Positions 20,206-30,329 of a stretch of 64,000 nt of DNA are shown piece after piece; the stretch's first letter is position 1, and each line of letters opens with the position of its first letter. The DNA is from Candidatus Latescibacterota bacterium. Its GTDB lineage: Bacteria; Latescibacterota; UBA2968; UBA8231. The stretch is taken from NCBI GenBank assembly GCA_965223905.1, contig CBDCXV010000011.1, positions 1,568,001 through 1,632,000 on the forward strand. The letters run 5' to 3'. The position numbers were made by a program, and so were the translations under genes. The notes under the pieces are model-generated. The model saw nothing but the letters and a program-made list of their open reading frames with translations. It had not been told where the DNA came from and did not search any database.

Positions 20206-20529
20206 AATGTGTAGGTATCTTGTTGCCATGCCATTTAAGTTACCTGAACTATGATCTATCCAGAACCGGTAGGTGGTGTCGACTTTCGAAACACCATTCA
20301 TTTCATAACTATGTTTGTCTATTTGGTAAGAAAGTTCTCCGACCGCTACAGCACGTACTATATTGTCAGTGTCACGTGGGATCATATCAACTCCCCCGTG
20401 AAAATGAGTTGACCTATACTCCATAAATGTTCCCGTTATTTCTGGATCTTGAAGCGGAAATCTATCGGATCCCAAGGAAGAGGAGCAAAAAGCACCAGCT
20501 GCAAAGATTGATAATCTAATCTTTTTCAT
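20206..20529 (-). pseudogene. 3'-truncated secreted M23-family peptidase-domain gene
   Basis: MKKIRL signal-like start, TFMEYRSTHFHGGVD (HxxxD) and TRYLH, then an abrupt junction into adhesin DNA. Confidence 0.7.
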
Positions 20530-21541
20530 CAGTCCCTCCACTATCCGTATTTAGCATCTGAAAAAGGTACATTCTATTATCCTCGCTGAATATTCCTTGG
20601 CTTCCATTCTTTAACAGCCTGAATTCAGCAATCCCCGAAAGATGTCGACCTCCGCTTTTTCTTCGGGCTTCAACAGCGTCAGGCTTAAGGATGCGTTTTA
20701 TAGCATCTCGGAACTGCTGAGTTTCTCGGGCTTCTCCCTCACCGGTCCTCTTTTGTAGAAATTCCCCATGTTGATTCAAAATCATTAGGTCACCCATTTT
20801 GAATGCGTCAATAATTACCATATTTCCGTCTTCTGTGAACCCAATACTCCAAGGATCAAAACTATATTCATTAAATTGATTTATCCCAAACCGTTTAATA
20901 AGTACCCCTTCATTATCGAAAAAATTAATATATGGCAAGGGAGAAAAAGCAAATGCATTATAAAAAACAACTAAATAATTTCCATTTGGGGCTATGTGAA
21001 TCTTCTCGTATCCGTCCCCTGACACTTTTTCCGGACCCTCTAAATCATTTTGCCCCAACTCAAACCGCACACTTTCATCAGGATTAAAACCGCGAACACC
21101 GGTAAGCCTCTTTTCCCATGCTCTGCTTTCGATTGTGTAAATAATAAAAAATTGGCCATCAGGGGCTGTCGTTCCGTACTCATTAACGAACACCCGTTTG
21201 TCCCCCTTCTCTACTTCAGGTACATTTTCCCGTTTGAGAGGTATTTTTCTTTCCACATTTCCTTGTGCATTTAAGACATATACAGATTTATATGTGGCCA
21301 CCATACTTATTGGGTTTACCCTATCCTTATCCAAGGATACGCCGGCATCAGGTTCAATAATGTTATGGAAATATTCCCTCTGCACGATAATACTATCAAA
21401 TTCCTTTTCCCAAATCATCCTCACTTGAAAGTTAGTCTCCATTCCCTCGGCATTAGAAACTTTCGGTATTAAAGAGATCACCAAAAGAACGACTCCAAGA
21501 TTTCTGAAACTTTTCCAATTTTGGGAATTCATCTTTCGCAC
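20516..21541 (-). CDS. Hypothetical secreted protein (AT-rich, possibly beta-propeller-like)
   Basis: 341-aa ORF in AT-rich DNA; signal peptide ending VSNA; repeated APDG/APNG/TEDG turns. Confidence 0.78.
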   Translation of the reverse strand: MRKMNSQNWKSFRNLGVVLLVISLIPKVSNAEGMETNFQVRMIWEKEFDSIIVQREYFHNIIEPDAGVSLDKDRVNPISMVATYKSVYVLNAQGNVERKIPLKRENVPEVEKGDKRVFVNEYGTTAPDGQFFIIYTIESRAWEKRLTGVRGFNPDESVRFELGQNDLEGPEKVSGDGYEKIHIAPNGNYLVVFYNAFAFSPLPYINFFDNEGVLIKRFGINQFNEYSFDPWSIGFTEDGNMVIIDAFKMGDLMILNQHGEFLQKRTGEGEARETQQFRDAIKRILKPDAVEARRKSGGRHLSGIAEFRLLKNGSQGIFSEDNRMYLFQMLNTDSGGTDEKD

Positions 21542-21591
21542 CTTTATAAGAAAATCGTTTTACACTTTTCTCACTTTAAATTGGTTAAAAA

Positions 21592-23261
21592 CCTGAATCC
21601 GTGATCGCTTCTATAGCGAGTGATCCAATTTTATATTTAAGCTGGGTCATTGCACTCCTCAACAGGATTTGGGTGTCAACGACAGGCCATTACTGCGGAT
21701 TCCGCTACCGATGGCTCTCCAAGTCGATGGGAGCCGCAAGAGCGCGCATACGCGTGCTTTGAGTGCTCCGGGGAGTCGAAGGCGGGGGAAATCGTCGCCT
21801 TTATTCACACACTCTCAGGCAGGTCCGTTTCTAGACATCGAACCAGGGGTTGAAGCACCCGAAGCTCAGGCCTAGACGGCGCCCATGCCGTACCCAGCGA
21901 GCGGCCTGATACATGAGATCCAGAATGACCGTGCGGAGCCGACGACGGCCGGCCTTTTTACGAAAAGTCACGTGCTTTTCCGGGGACAGATGACGCTCCT
22001 CGCGCAGGCTGGTCTGGCCGCACAGGCGCAGGGCGTTGTAGGCCATCATGCCCAGCAGCAACACCAGGGCGTTGGTGGCGAACTTGCCCGACGGCAGGCG
22101 TTCGAGGTCCATGTCCGTCTTCAGCTCGGAGTGGAATTGCTCGCAGGTGCTGTGCTCGCGGTAGAGCCGGATCACGTGCGCCGGCGGCGCCATCAGGTTG
22201 GTCCACCCGGTCTGCACCTCGATTTCGGGGATCAGCAGCGCCTGACCGTCGACGCTGATCGTGCGCCGCACGACCTCGTAAACGACGCGTTCGAAGGTGT
22301 CCTTGCGCTCGCACACCAGCGAGCCGGTGAAGATCTCCTTGCCGGGCCGCGGACAGGTGCGCTCGCCCAGGGCTTCGGCGTCCTCCAGCCAGGTCTGTTT
22401 CGATTCGCTGCGCAGGGTGCGCTTGACGATGAAGTCGGTCTTGGGAGTTCGGCGCAACTGCTGTACGGTGGCGATGTCGTCATGGGCGCTGTCCATGCGC
22501 ACCAGCAGCTTTTCCTTGGTGATGCGGCGCGCCAGCCGCAGCGTCTCTCGAATAAAGTCCGGGGCTCCTTCCTGAGAGTGCTGGCGGCCTTCGCGCAGCT
22601 GGCAGTTGAGCAGATACCCTTCCTCGCCCAGGTAGGCGAAGATCGGGGCAAAGCCGTCGACCTTCTTGTAGGTCCACGACACCCCTTGTTTTTTGGTGTC
22701 CGAGTTGTCGAACACCGACACGTCGATATCCAGCGCGATCCAGGGACCGTAGCGTCCGTCGGCGACTTCGTAACAGGGGGAGAGCGGCGGCGCGTGACGG
22801 GCCACCATGTCGGCCGACTCCTCTCGAATGGCGGTCTCCCCCTGTGCGCCCAAGCCATCGAGCCGCTGCCGCAGGGTGGCCGCCGACGGCACCGCATCCA
22901 GGCCCAGGGCCTGGGCGAAGAAGGGATCGGTGCGAAACGCTTCCACCGCCTCGAAATCCGGCTTGCCCAGCGCCAGCAAGCCGATCATCGACGCCATCAC
23001 GTCGCCGTGAGAAACCTCGGGCAGGGGTCGTTCCGGCAAGATGATCTCATCGGCCCGCGCTGGCAGGCGCGTGCGTCCCATCAAGGCCTCGATCAAGGCC
23101 AAGCCCGAATGCGAGGTCAGCGCTTCTTCGCCCTGCGTAATTTGAAACGAAACCGGTCTCAATTCTTCACCTCCAGGGTGAGTTCAAATCCTGCTCTACT
23201 ATACCCTGGATTCCCCTCGGAAAGCAACCAAAAATCAGGCTCTCGACTTCACGGATTCAGG
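21592..23261 (-). mobile_element. IS1380-family insertion sequence
   Basis: 13-bp perfect TIRs CCTGAATCCGTGA (21592) / TCACGGATTCAGG (23249-23261) enclosing the transposase. Confidence 0.9.
21831..23162 (-). CDS. IS1380-family DDE transposase
   Basis: LTSHSGL, LDIDVS, YKKVDGFAP, VRMDSA, EQFHSELKTD, LPSGKFATN; TTG start with GGAGGTG. Confidence 0.93.
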   Translation of the reverse strand: MRPVSFQITQGEEALTSHSGLALIEALMGRTRLPARADEIILPERPLPEVSHGDVMASMIGLLALGKPDFEAVEAFRTDPFFAQALGLDAVPSAATLRQRLDGLGAQGETAIREESADMVARHAPPLSPCYEVADGRYGPWIALDIDVSVFDNSDTKKQGVSWTYKKVDGFAPIFAYLGEEGYLLNCQLREGRQHSQEGAPDFIRETLRLARRITKEKLLVRMDSAHDDIATVQQLRRTPKTDFIVKRTLRSESKQTWLEDAEALGERTCPRPGKEIFTGSLVCERKDTFERVVYEVVRRTISVDGQALLIPEIEVQTGWTNLMAPPAHVIRLYREHSTCEQFHSELKTDMDLERLPSGKFATNALVLLLGMMAYNALRLCGQTSLREERHLSPEKHVTFRKKAGRRRLRTVILDLMYQAARWVRHGRRLGLSFGCFNPWFDV

Positions 23262-23456
23262 TTGCAATAAATTGGTTTTTCCTATGATGTAATTAATCGC
23301 GCCTTTCTAACCACATTTCCTTCCCCTCTCCCCCAAAAATGTGGATGAATTTGATGAAGCCTTTTCATTCTTTTTCCTAAATTATTTTTGGCAATGGATG
23401 TTGCACGGGCAGGGGGGACTCGCGTCCTGCCGCGGTTTTTCCCCCAGTGACCGGCT

Positions 23457-23714
23457 CCCGGCATCGCCATCGAGGGCGAGACCAACCACCGGGGCGTCGA
23501 TCCGGACGCCCGCGACTTCGACGCCTGGTTCGCCTACACCGGCGAGACCGCGGCTTCGCGCCCGGTGACGCGGCGTGAGGACATCCTGTGGGAGGAAACG
23601 CTCTACGAGGAGCAGCAACTGCCGGTCTGCGCGGCGGGCCCCTGCTCTACGACCTGGGACGGGACGCCGACTGGGCGTACTGGTTCGCCCGCCAGGGCCA
23701 GTCCACGCCGGACC
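23457..23714 (+). pseudogene. LysR (GcvA-like) substrate-binding domain fragment 1
   Basis: PGIAIEGETNHRGVDP..DFDAWFAYTG..EETLYEE..LLYDLG..DWAYWFARQG; near-duplicate of 24373..24542. Confidence 0.65.
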
Positions 23715-23732
23715 AGAAGACCTGCGCATGGA

Positions 23733-24218
23733 TCACCCGGGCGGTGGAATCGCTCTGCGCGCGCTTGTCCGGGCCGTGGGCATCCGCATAGCCGACCGTC
23801 GCCCGCAGCCGCTTGCCCGCATTCCCTGCTTGCGGCGTATAGCTGGTCAGCCCCGGATAGCGCCCCGCGGGCAGGGGGGGCTCCCACGCGTCCGTATCCC
23901 GGTCCCGGTGCTGCCAATGCCACCCGTCCACCCGGATGTCCCCGTCCGGGTCGGTGAGCACCGCGGTCAGTTGCGTGCCCACCCGCGGCGTCGACGAGAT
24001 CGGTGAACTCCCCGAGATCGTCCTCGTTGGTCACCCGCACCGACACCGGCAAGGTCGCATCCGCCGGCGGCTGACCGTCGGCGTCGGCCTTCACCGTCAC
24101 TTCGTACACCGTGTCTCGGTTGGCGTCGGCCGGATTCTCGTAGTCCGGCGGCTCCTCGAAGCGGAGCCGGCCCGCATCATCGATCACCAGGGTGTCGGCT
24201 TTGGCATCGGCCCCCCGA
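23733..24218 (-). pseudogene. Adhesin fragment (cadherin + Ig-like repeat)
   Basis: LRFEEPPDYENPADANRDTVYEVTV..VTNEDD, then LTDPDG..WHWQ..YTP..GKRLRATVGYADAHG, homologous to the repeat at ~19800-20205. Confidence 0.72.
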
Positions 24219-24226
24219 GAGACCAG

Positions 24227-24542
24227 GACAAGGAGGTGCAGCGCATCCTCGCCGAGGTCCACGGCGTCTCCGAACGGCAGCGCCTGTAGCCCCGCCGCGT
24301 GCGCATCGTCTCGGTCGAGGCGGTCGCCGAAAAGTGGCTGGTCCCGAGGCTGGCCACCTTCAAGGCCGACCACCCCGGCATCGCCATCGAGGTCGAGACC
24401 AACCACCGGGGCGTCGATCCGGACCGCCGCGACTTCGACGCCTGGTTCGCCTACACCGGCGAGACCGTGGCCCCGCGCCCGGTGACGCGGCGCCAGGACA
24501 TCCTGTTGGAGGAGACGCTCTACGAGGAGGAGCTGCTGCCGG
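24227..24542 (+). pseudogene. LysR substrate-binding domain fragment 2
   Basis: RIVSVEAVAEKWLVPRLATFKADHPGIAIEVET; in-frame TAG at ~24286; no HTH. Confidence 0.68.
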
Positions 24543-24543
24543 C

Positions 24544-24952
24544 ACCATACGACAAAAGCCCGCGCCCAAGTCCTTCAGGCGGCGAGGCCAAGGGCAGCTC
24601 GCCGGACCGGGTGGACTCAGGGACACGGGTTTGCAGGGGGGCGCTACTGATTGAAATCGATCGTCTTCAGGGTCGGCTCGCCCAACAACTGTGGCAATTC
24701 ATCGGTGGTGCCGTCTCGCAGGTCGATCTGACTCAGCATGTCGTCGGTGATCTCCAGGATCGAATACACCCGGTCACCTTCATGCGCGGCAACGTACCGA
24801 GGAAGCAGTGCTGTGCCTGTGATGGCGGCGATGAAGAAGAACGGCCTTCTCCCGCCGGATAGATTGCAGAGCTTCACTTCATTCCGTCCCTTCCTTTGTC
24901 ATCCTTTCCTCCTGAAACCATACGAAAAAAAGCCCGCGGCCAAGTCCTTCAG
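24544..24952. repeat. ~35-bp direct repeats (24544-24578, 24917-24952)
   Basis: ACCATACGA(C/A)AAAAGCCCGCG(C/G)CCAAGTCCTTCAG occurs twice. Confidence 0.8.
24644..24877 (-). pseudogene. N-terminal fragment of a secreted protein paralogous to 50593..51365
   Basis: DRVYSILEITDDMLSQIDLRDG..LLGEPTL..IDF versus DRLYPFVELTDEMRARIDLKDG..VLGEPTL..LDF. Confidence 0.7.
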
Positions 24953-24982
24953 TCGGGCAAAGGTGGCCGCTCCGCCCGCCCG

Positions 24983-26368
24983 TCATGACTCGGCGGCCGC
25001 CGGCCCCAGCTCCGCCTCCACCCTCCGCAGCCGCCGGGAGATCCAGGTCACCGACAGCAGCGACGAGGCGACCGCGGAAGCGACGAACGTCCACCAGACC
25101 GCGGTCAGTCCGAAGCCCCAGTAGCGGGTCAGCGCGTAGGCGAGGGGCACGGCGATCAGCACCACGCGGAGGGCGGTGATGATCATCGCCGGCATGCCGC
25201 TGCCGAGGCCCTGGAAGACCCTGCTGCTGATCAGTCCCGCCGCTATGAACGGAAAGGCGACGACGAAGACCCGCAGGTAGGAGGTCGCCACCCGGGCGAT
25301 GCGCTCGTCGTCGGTGAAGGCCCCTGACAGCTGCGGCGCGAACAGGTAGAAGCCGACGCCGAAAACGACGGCGAGCACCTCCGCCCTGAGGATGGTGTAG
25401 ACCAGGGTCTTTCTGACCAGGTCGATGCGCCCGGCGCCGGAGAACATCCCCGCCAGGGTCACCTGGCTGGTGGCGAGGGCGAACACCGGCATGAAGAAGA
25501 TCGAGTCCATGCGCCCGGCGACGCCGAGCCCGGCCACCGCCTCGGAGCCGAACACCGACACGATGCGGTTGTAGAAAATGCCGCCGCCCGAGATCAGCAG
25601 CATCGACGCCGAGGAGGGCAGGCCGACCTTGAGGATGAGGCTCGCCGTTGCCCGCGTCAGCATCCACGGTCCCGAGCCGAAATTGAGGAAGCTGCTCCGG
25701 CGCACGAAGAGGTAGAACAGGAAGAGCAGCATCACCGCGAACTGGCTGATGACCGTCGCCCAGGCGGCCCCGGCGATCCCCAGGCCGGCCGTGAAGATCA
25801 GGAGCGGATCGAGAGCGACGTTGAGGAGGGTGCCCCCGGCCTGGAAGAGGACGGGGGTCTTCGTGTTGCCTTCCCCGGTCATGATCGACCGGAAGCAGGT
25901 GTTGAGCACGACGAAGGCGAACCCGGGGGCGGCGACCTCGAAGTAGCGGACCGCGAGGGCGGCGACCTCGCCGCTGGCCCCCAGCGCCGCCATGATCCCC
26001 CCCTTGTAGAGGAGGGCGGCGGCGATGACCGCGGCGGCGAACAGGAGCCCCATGGCGATGGTCTGGCGGGCGGCGTCCTCGGCCGCCTTCTTGTCGCCGG
26101 ATCCCAGCGAGCGGGCGATGGCGCTCGTCGCCCCGGTTCCGAGCCCGAAGACCATGCCGATGGCGAGGAACACTACCGGCATGTTGAAGCTCAGGGCGGC
26201 GAGGGCGTCCCCCCCGAGCATGCCGACGAAGAACATGTCGGTCAGGTTGTAGAAGGTGTAGACCGCCATGCCCATCATCACCGGCATCGACAGGGTCCAG
26301 ACGGCGCGGCGCGGATCGGCGATGAACTCCCCTACCCGGCCCTGGCCCTTTTCCGTCGCTCCACTCAT
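24983..26368 (-). CDS. MATE family efflux transporter
   Basis: YNLTDMFFVG, GNTKTP, NVALDPLLI..GIAGAAWATV; ~12 hydrophobic segments. Confidence 0.92.
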   Translation of the reverse strand: MSGATEKGQGRVGEFIADPRRAVWTLSMPVMMGMAVYTFYNLTDMFFVGMLGGDALAALSFNMPVVFLAIGMVFGLGTGATSAIARSLGSGDKKAAEDAARQTIAMGLLFAAAVIAAALLYKGGIMAALGASGEVAALAVRYFEVAAPGFAFVVLNTCFRSIMTGEGNTKTPVLFQAGGTLLNVALDPLLIFTAGLGIAGAAWATVISQFAVMLLFLFYLFVRRSSFLNFGSGPWMLTRATASLILKVGLPSSASMLLISGGGIFYNRIVSVFGSEAVAGLGVAGRMDSIFFMPVFALATSQVTLAGMFSGAGRIDLVRKTLVYTILRAEVLAVVFGVGFYLFAPQLSGAFTDDERIARVATSYLRVFVVAFPFIAAGLISSRVFQGLGSGMPAMIITALRVVLIAVPLAYALTRYWGFGLTAVWWTFVASAVASSLLSVTWISRRLRRVEAELGPAAAES

Positions 26369-26682
26369 CGATCCGAAGTTACGCTATTGCCCCGGAAGGG
26401 GATCAAATAGGAATCCCGCGGGGTGCGGTGATCGGGGTTGGCCGCCGCGGAGAGCCTGGACGAAACCGCCGTCCCGGGCGCCCGGGCTCCGTGACATCTG
26501 CAATCACCCTGGGTTAGTTTCCGGACATCGCCCGGACAAACCGCCGCCAACATTCCGCGCTCCCATCCGGGGAGCCGGTGCCTTCCGGCGAAACCGGGAA
26601 AACCGATGCTGCCGCTCGCGGCCTCGACGGCACGGCCGCGGCCGCCTCCGACGCACAAAGAATCCGCCTGAAGGAGATGCAA

Positions 26683-27594
26683 GTGAACTACGACGCTACG
26701 ACGCGAACCTTCGATTGCGAACCGACTCTCACCGACTTCGAGGTGCTCGACTTCTGCATCAACGGGTACATCATGCTGGAGGGAGTGGTGCCCGACGAAG
26801 TCAACCGGCGCGCCTGCGACTACCTCGACGGCAAGGTCCCGGCGAACCCCTCCTGGATCCCCGACGGCCTCGACGAGGAGCAGCTCGAGCGTATCCGCAA
26901 CTCGCACGAGCCGAGCTCGATCTTCCTCGAGGACTGGTACCTCGAGCACGTGCTGCTCAACCCGGTGCTCTGCGGGGCCATACGCTCCCTCCTGGGAAGG
27001 AACGTCGGCCTGCCGGTGCTGGCCAGCCTGCACAAGACCGAAGGACCGAGAGAGGCCCAGGGATGGCACCAGGACGCCGACCGCGTCTTCGGCCCCGAGC
27101 TCGAGTTCGTCGAGGTCTTCTACTTCCCCCAGGACACCCCGGCCGAGCTGGGGCCGACCGAGTTCGTCCCCGGGACCCACTTCAGGATGCAGGACCACCA
27201 GGGGGACCACCAGGGGGTGCTCGCCTCCGGGCCGGCCGGCACCATCGGCATCCACCACCAGAGCATCCTGCACCGCCGCGGCGAGTCGACGCGGCCCGGG
27301 GTCCGGCGCATGCTCAAGTACAACTACTGGCGCACCGCGCCCCCGCAGAGGGACTGGGTGGCGGCGCCGGAGTTCGACTTCCGCAGCGCCTGGTACGGGG
27401 GCCACATCGTCGCCCGCTACGCCGCCCACATGTTCTACTGGCTGTGCGGAAAGGGGGAGGAGTACCGCATCGTCGGCGGCCAGGGCTGGCCGTGGCGCAC
27501 GGAGAACCAGATCGGCCCCTCCTGGGGGTACGGCAGGACCGAGGGGTACCTGCCGGACTGGCGCGACGGCAACCGCGACGGGTACTCGCGTTAG
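26683..27594 (+). CDS. Phytanoyl-CoA dioxygenase (PhyH) family Fe(II)/2OG oxygenase
   Basis: WHQD, GPTEFVPGTH, ILHRRG; AAGGAG 6 nt before GTG. Confidence 0.85.
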   Translation: MNYDATTRTFDCEPTLTDFEVLDFCINGYIMLEGVVPDEVNRRACDYLDGKVPANPSWIPDGLDEEQLERIRNSHEPSSIFLEDWYLEHVLLNPVLCGAIRSLLGRNVGLPVLASLHKTEGPREAQGWHQDADRVFGPELEFVEVFYFPQDTPAELGPTEFVPGTHFRMQDHQGDHQGVLASGPAGTIGIHHQSILHRRGESTRPGVRRMLKYNYWRTAPPQRDWVAAPEFDFRSAWYGGHIVARYAAHMFYWLCGKGEEYRIVGGQGWPWRTENQIGPSWGYGRTEGYLPDWRDGNRDGYSR

Positions 27595-27625
27595 ACGCCC
27601 CCCGGCCGGGGGCGCCGGCTCCCGG

Positions 27626-28378
27626 TCAGCCAGGCGGCTCGACGTTGCGCCTCAGCAACTGCTGCTCCAGCTCCGGCAAGCTCTCCCAGAACTCCCGGCG
27701 CACCGGGTTGTGGTGGCTCAGGCTGACGAGCCGGTACCAGGAGCGCTCGAAGCAGAGCACGGCAACCGGACGCGGGGTCGCGGTCCTGTTCGGGGTGCCG
27801 CGGTGAAGGCAGCGGGGGTCGCGGATCAGCACGTCCCCGACCTTCATCAGCAGCTCCCGCCGTGCGAACTCGCCGCGCCCGATTCTCTCCAGCCCCTCCG
27901 GGCGCGGCAGGTGGTGGCTGCCGTCGGCGACCTCGAAAGGGCCGTTCTCGCGGCCGACGTCGACGAAGGAAAAGTTGACGGCGATGAGGGCCGGCGGCGT
28001 CACCAGGTCCGGCTCCTCCGGAAAGAGGGAGGGCACGTCGCCGTGCCAGTCCTGAAAGACGCTGCCTTTCGCCGGGGTATCCGTGGCGTACTGAACCAGC
28101 TCGACATCCTCGCCGAGGAGCTGGCGCACGACCCCGACGATGCCGGAATCCCCGTGGATCCGCGGCTGGTAGAAGGGGGGCTCGAACGGCAGCTGTATGT
28201 AGTGGCGCATGGGGCCGCGGTTGGGGTTGGCGCCGATCTCTTCGAGGTGGTCCTCCCAGACCGGGGCGAACGCCGCGGCGACCTCGGCCACCGCGTCTGC
28301 CGGGATCTGGTCCCGCAGGATGGTGTAGCCGGTGCGGCGCACCTCCGCGGCGCGCTCGGCCAGCTGTTCTTGGGTCAT
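27626..28378 (-). CDS. PhyH family dioxygenase
   Basis: QDWHGD, NGPFEV.DGSH, GDVLI..LHRGTPN. Confidence 0.88.
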   Translation of the reverse strand: MTQEQLAERAAEVRRTGYTILRDQIPADAVAEVAAAFAPVWEDHLEEIGANPNRGPMRHYIQLPFEPPFYQPRIHGDSGIVGVVRQLLGEDVELVQYATDTPAKGSVFQDWHGDVPSLFPEEPDLVTPPALIAVNFSFVDVGRENGPFEVADGSHHLPRPEGLERIGRGEFARRELLMKVGDVLIRDPRCLHRGTPNRTATPRPVAVLCFERSWYRLVSLSHHNPVRREFWESLPELEQQLLRRNVEPPG

Positions 28379-28475
28379 CTTCGATATTCCCGGAAGTGGC
28401 CGGACCCGCGGTCCCCTTGGTCCCTGTCGCGATCGCCCGCGTCCCGGAAGGTCCCGGCTCCCGCCAGCAGCCCGT

Positions 28476-29636
28476 CTACCGCTCGGCGACCACCAGCGAC
28501 TGGTACTTCTCCTCATCCCATTCCGCCCCCCAGCCCGGCAGGTCCGTGGGAGCGAGGCAGCCGTCCTCGACCAGCGGCGCGTTCATCATCCCCCAGGTCT
28601 CGCCCTGTTTTCTCAGGGCGTCCGCGTCGAGGCTCATGTACTCGTAGTAGGTGGTGTTGTCGATGCAGCAGCCCAGGGTCGCGTGGATGTGGCCGTACAC
28701 CCCGCCGGTGGCGTTCATCTCGACGGTGGTGTCGTACATCTCGGCGAAGTGGGCCATCTTGAGGACGAGGGTGGTGCCGTGGCGGGCGTTGGCGCGCAGC
28801 AGGTCGGTTCCCCCCTGGATCAGCCACTGCGTCGAGATCCCTATGTCGTGCATCAGCATCTCCGTCCCCATCACCGGAACCGTCAGCTCGCGGCACAGCT
28901 CCTGGTACTGGTTGAGCTTCTGCTCATGGAACGGCTCTTCCAGCCAGATGAAGTCGAGCTCCTCCATGACGTGGCCGACCTCGATCGCCTCGCGCAGGTC
29001 GTAGGAGCAGACCGGGTCGTTGAGCAGCTCGTAGTCCGGTCCGACGGCGTCGCGCACCTCGCGGAAGATCGGTATGTCGTACTTGCCCCCCTTGTAGGTG
29101 TGAAACTTGTAGGCGTCGATGCCGATCTTCCGCCCCTCCTCGATGTGGTGGAAGTATCCCTGCAGGTCCATGTCCCCGCCGGTGAGATAGCAGGGTATGC
29201 GCTCCCGCACCCGGCCGATGAGGGCGTGCACCGGCAGCCCCGCGGCCCTGCCGGCGATGTCCCACAGGCAGTTGTCGAAGTCGCCGAACCAGCCCGGTTT
29301 CTGGTACACCCAGCGCGTCCCCTTGTGGAACATCTGGTAGAGACGCTCGCGGTGCAGGGGGTTCTCCCCGAGGGCCATCGAGTTGACGATGCCGAGGTGG
29401 TAGCCATCCATCGTCGACACCGGGACGCGGCCGGTGATCCCTTCGTCGGTGCGCACCTCGAGGAAGGTCTCGCGCGGCTTCGACGGCGGCGTCTCGACCG
29501 GAATCCGCTCCGGGTTGTGGCCGGCGCGGTACTGGATGCGCCGCAGTCCGGGCACCTGCACGAGCTGCGGCATGCGGCCGGGGCCTCCCCCTTCGCGCAG
29601 TTCCAGGGTGACCATCTTGATCTCGGTGATTTTCAT
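28476..29636 (-). CDS. Mandelate racemase/enolase superfamily protein
   Basis: DNCLWDIAG, YKFH, LNDP, WLEEP, GTE, PGWG. Confidence 0.88.
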   Translation of the reverse strand: MKITEIKMVTLELREGGGPGRMPQLVQVPGLRRIQYRAGHNPERIPVETPPSKPRETFLEVRTDEGITGRVPVSTMDGYHLGIVNSMALGENPLHRERLYQMFHKGTRWVYQKPGWFGDFDNCLWDIAGRAAGLPVHALIGRVRERIPCYLTGGDMDLQGYFHHIEEGRKIGIDAYKFHTYKGGKYDIPIFREVRDAVGPDYELLNDPVCSYDLREAIEVGHVMEELDFIWLEEPFHEQKLNQYQELCRELTVPVMGTEMLMHDIGISTQWLIQGGTDLLRANARHGTTLVLKMAHFAEMYDTTVEMNATGGVYGHIHATLGCCIDNTTYYEYMSLDADALRKQGETWGMMNAPLVEDGCLAPTDLPGWGAEWDEEKYQSLVVAER

Positions 29637-29733
29637 GTCTCGTCCTGTGGAAGGAGAGTCGGTGGCTATATTGAGCACCGCTTTTTTCCGCGCGTCAATT
29701 CCACAGCCGAACCAGGTCGACCGGGAGAAACCG

Positions 29734-30129
29734 ATGCCCTCAGTGCGCCACATCGCCCTGCGCTGCCGCGACGTAGAGGTCACGCGGCGCTTCTACGCCG
29801 AAGTGCTCGGTATGCGCTTCGTCGACTACCGGGGCAGCGGCCCGGCCCTCGACATGAGCGACGGCTACTTCAACCTGACCCTGCTGCCCCACGACGGGGA
29901 GCGGCCCCCCGTGGTCGAGGGGGAGGAGTACATCCACTTCGGCCTGGTCGTCGACGACCTGCAGGAAACCTGGCGGCGGGTGCGCGCCTGGGGGGCGGAT
30001 GCGCCGAAGACGGTGAAGGGCGGCGTGGCGATCAGCGCCGACGAGCCGCCCTCGGTCGCCTTCAAGGCCTGTGATCCCGACGGCAACGTCCTCGACATTA
30101 CCAGCGACGAAGGGGAGTGGAGGATTTAG
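29734..30129 (+). CDS. VOC/glyoxalase family protein
   Basis: RHIALRC..FYAEVLGM, HFGLVVDD, DPDGNVLDI. Confidence 0.88.
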   Translation: MPSVRHIALRCRDVEVTRRFYAEVLGMRFVDYRGSGPALDMSDGYFNLTLLPHDGERPPVVEGEEYIHFGLVVDDLQETWRRVRAWGADAPKTVKGGVAISADEPPSVAFKACDPDGNVLDITSDEGEWRI

Positions 30130-30329
30130 CCGACCGCTTCCGGGCAGGTTCCCCGGTTGAATCCGCGCTGCGGCTGTCCAAAGGGGCCACCCCCTGCGAA
30201 CGGAAAGGGGCCGTTCCCGGCGGCCGGCTCGCCCAAGGTGCCTGGGCACCCATTCCGCGTGAATTCGGCCAACGCTGAATCCCGCGCTAGTGTCGCGTCC
30301 CACGGATGACTTGAAAAATTCCGGCGCTG

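Noticed and set aside
23457-24952. CRISPR array or DGR template/variable repeats
   Set aside because: Only two copies of each repeat, no regular spacers, differences not adenine-specific, and no cas or reverse transcriptase gene.
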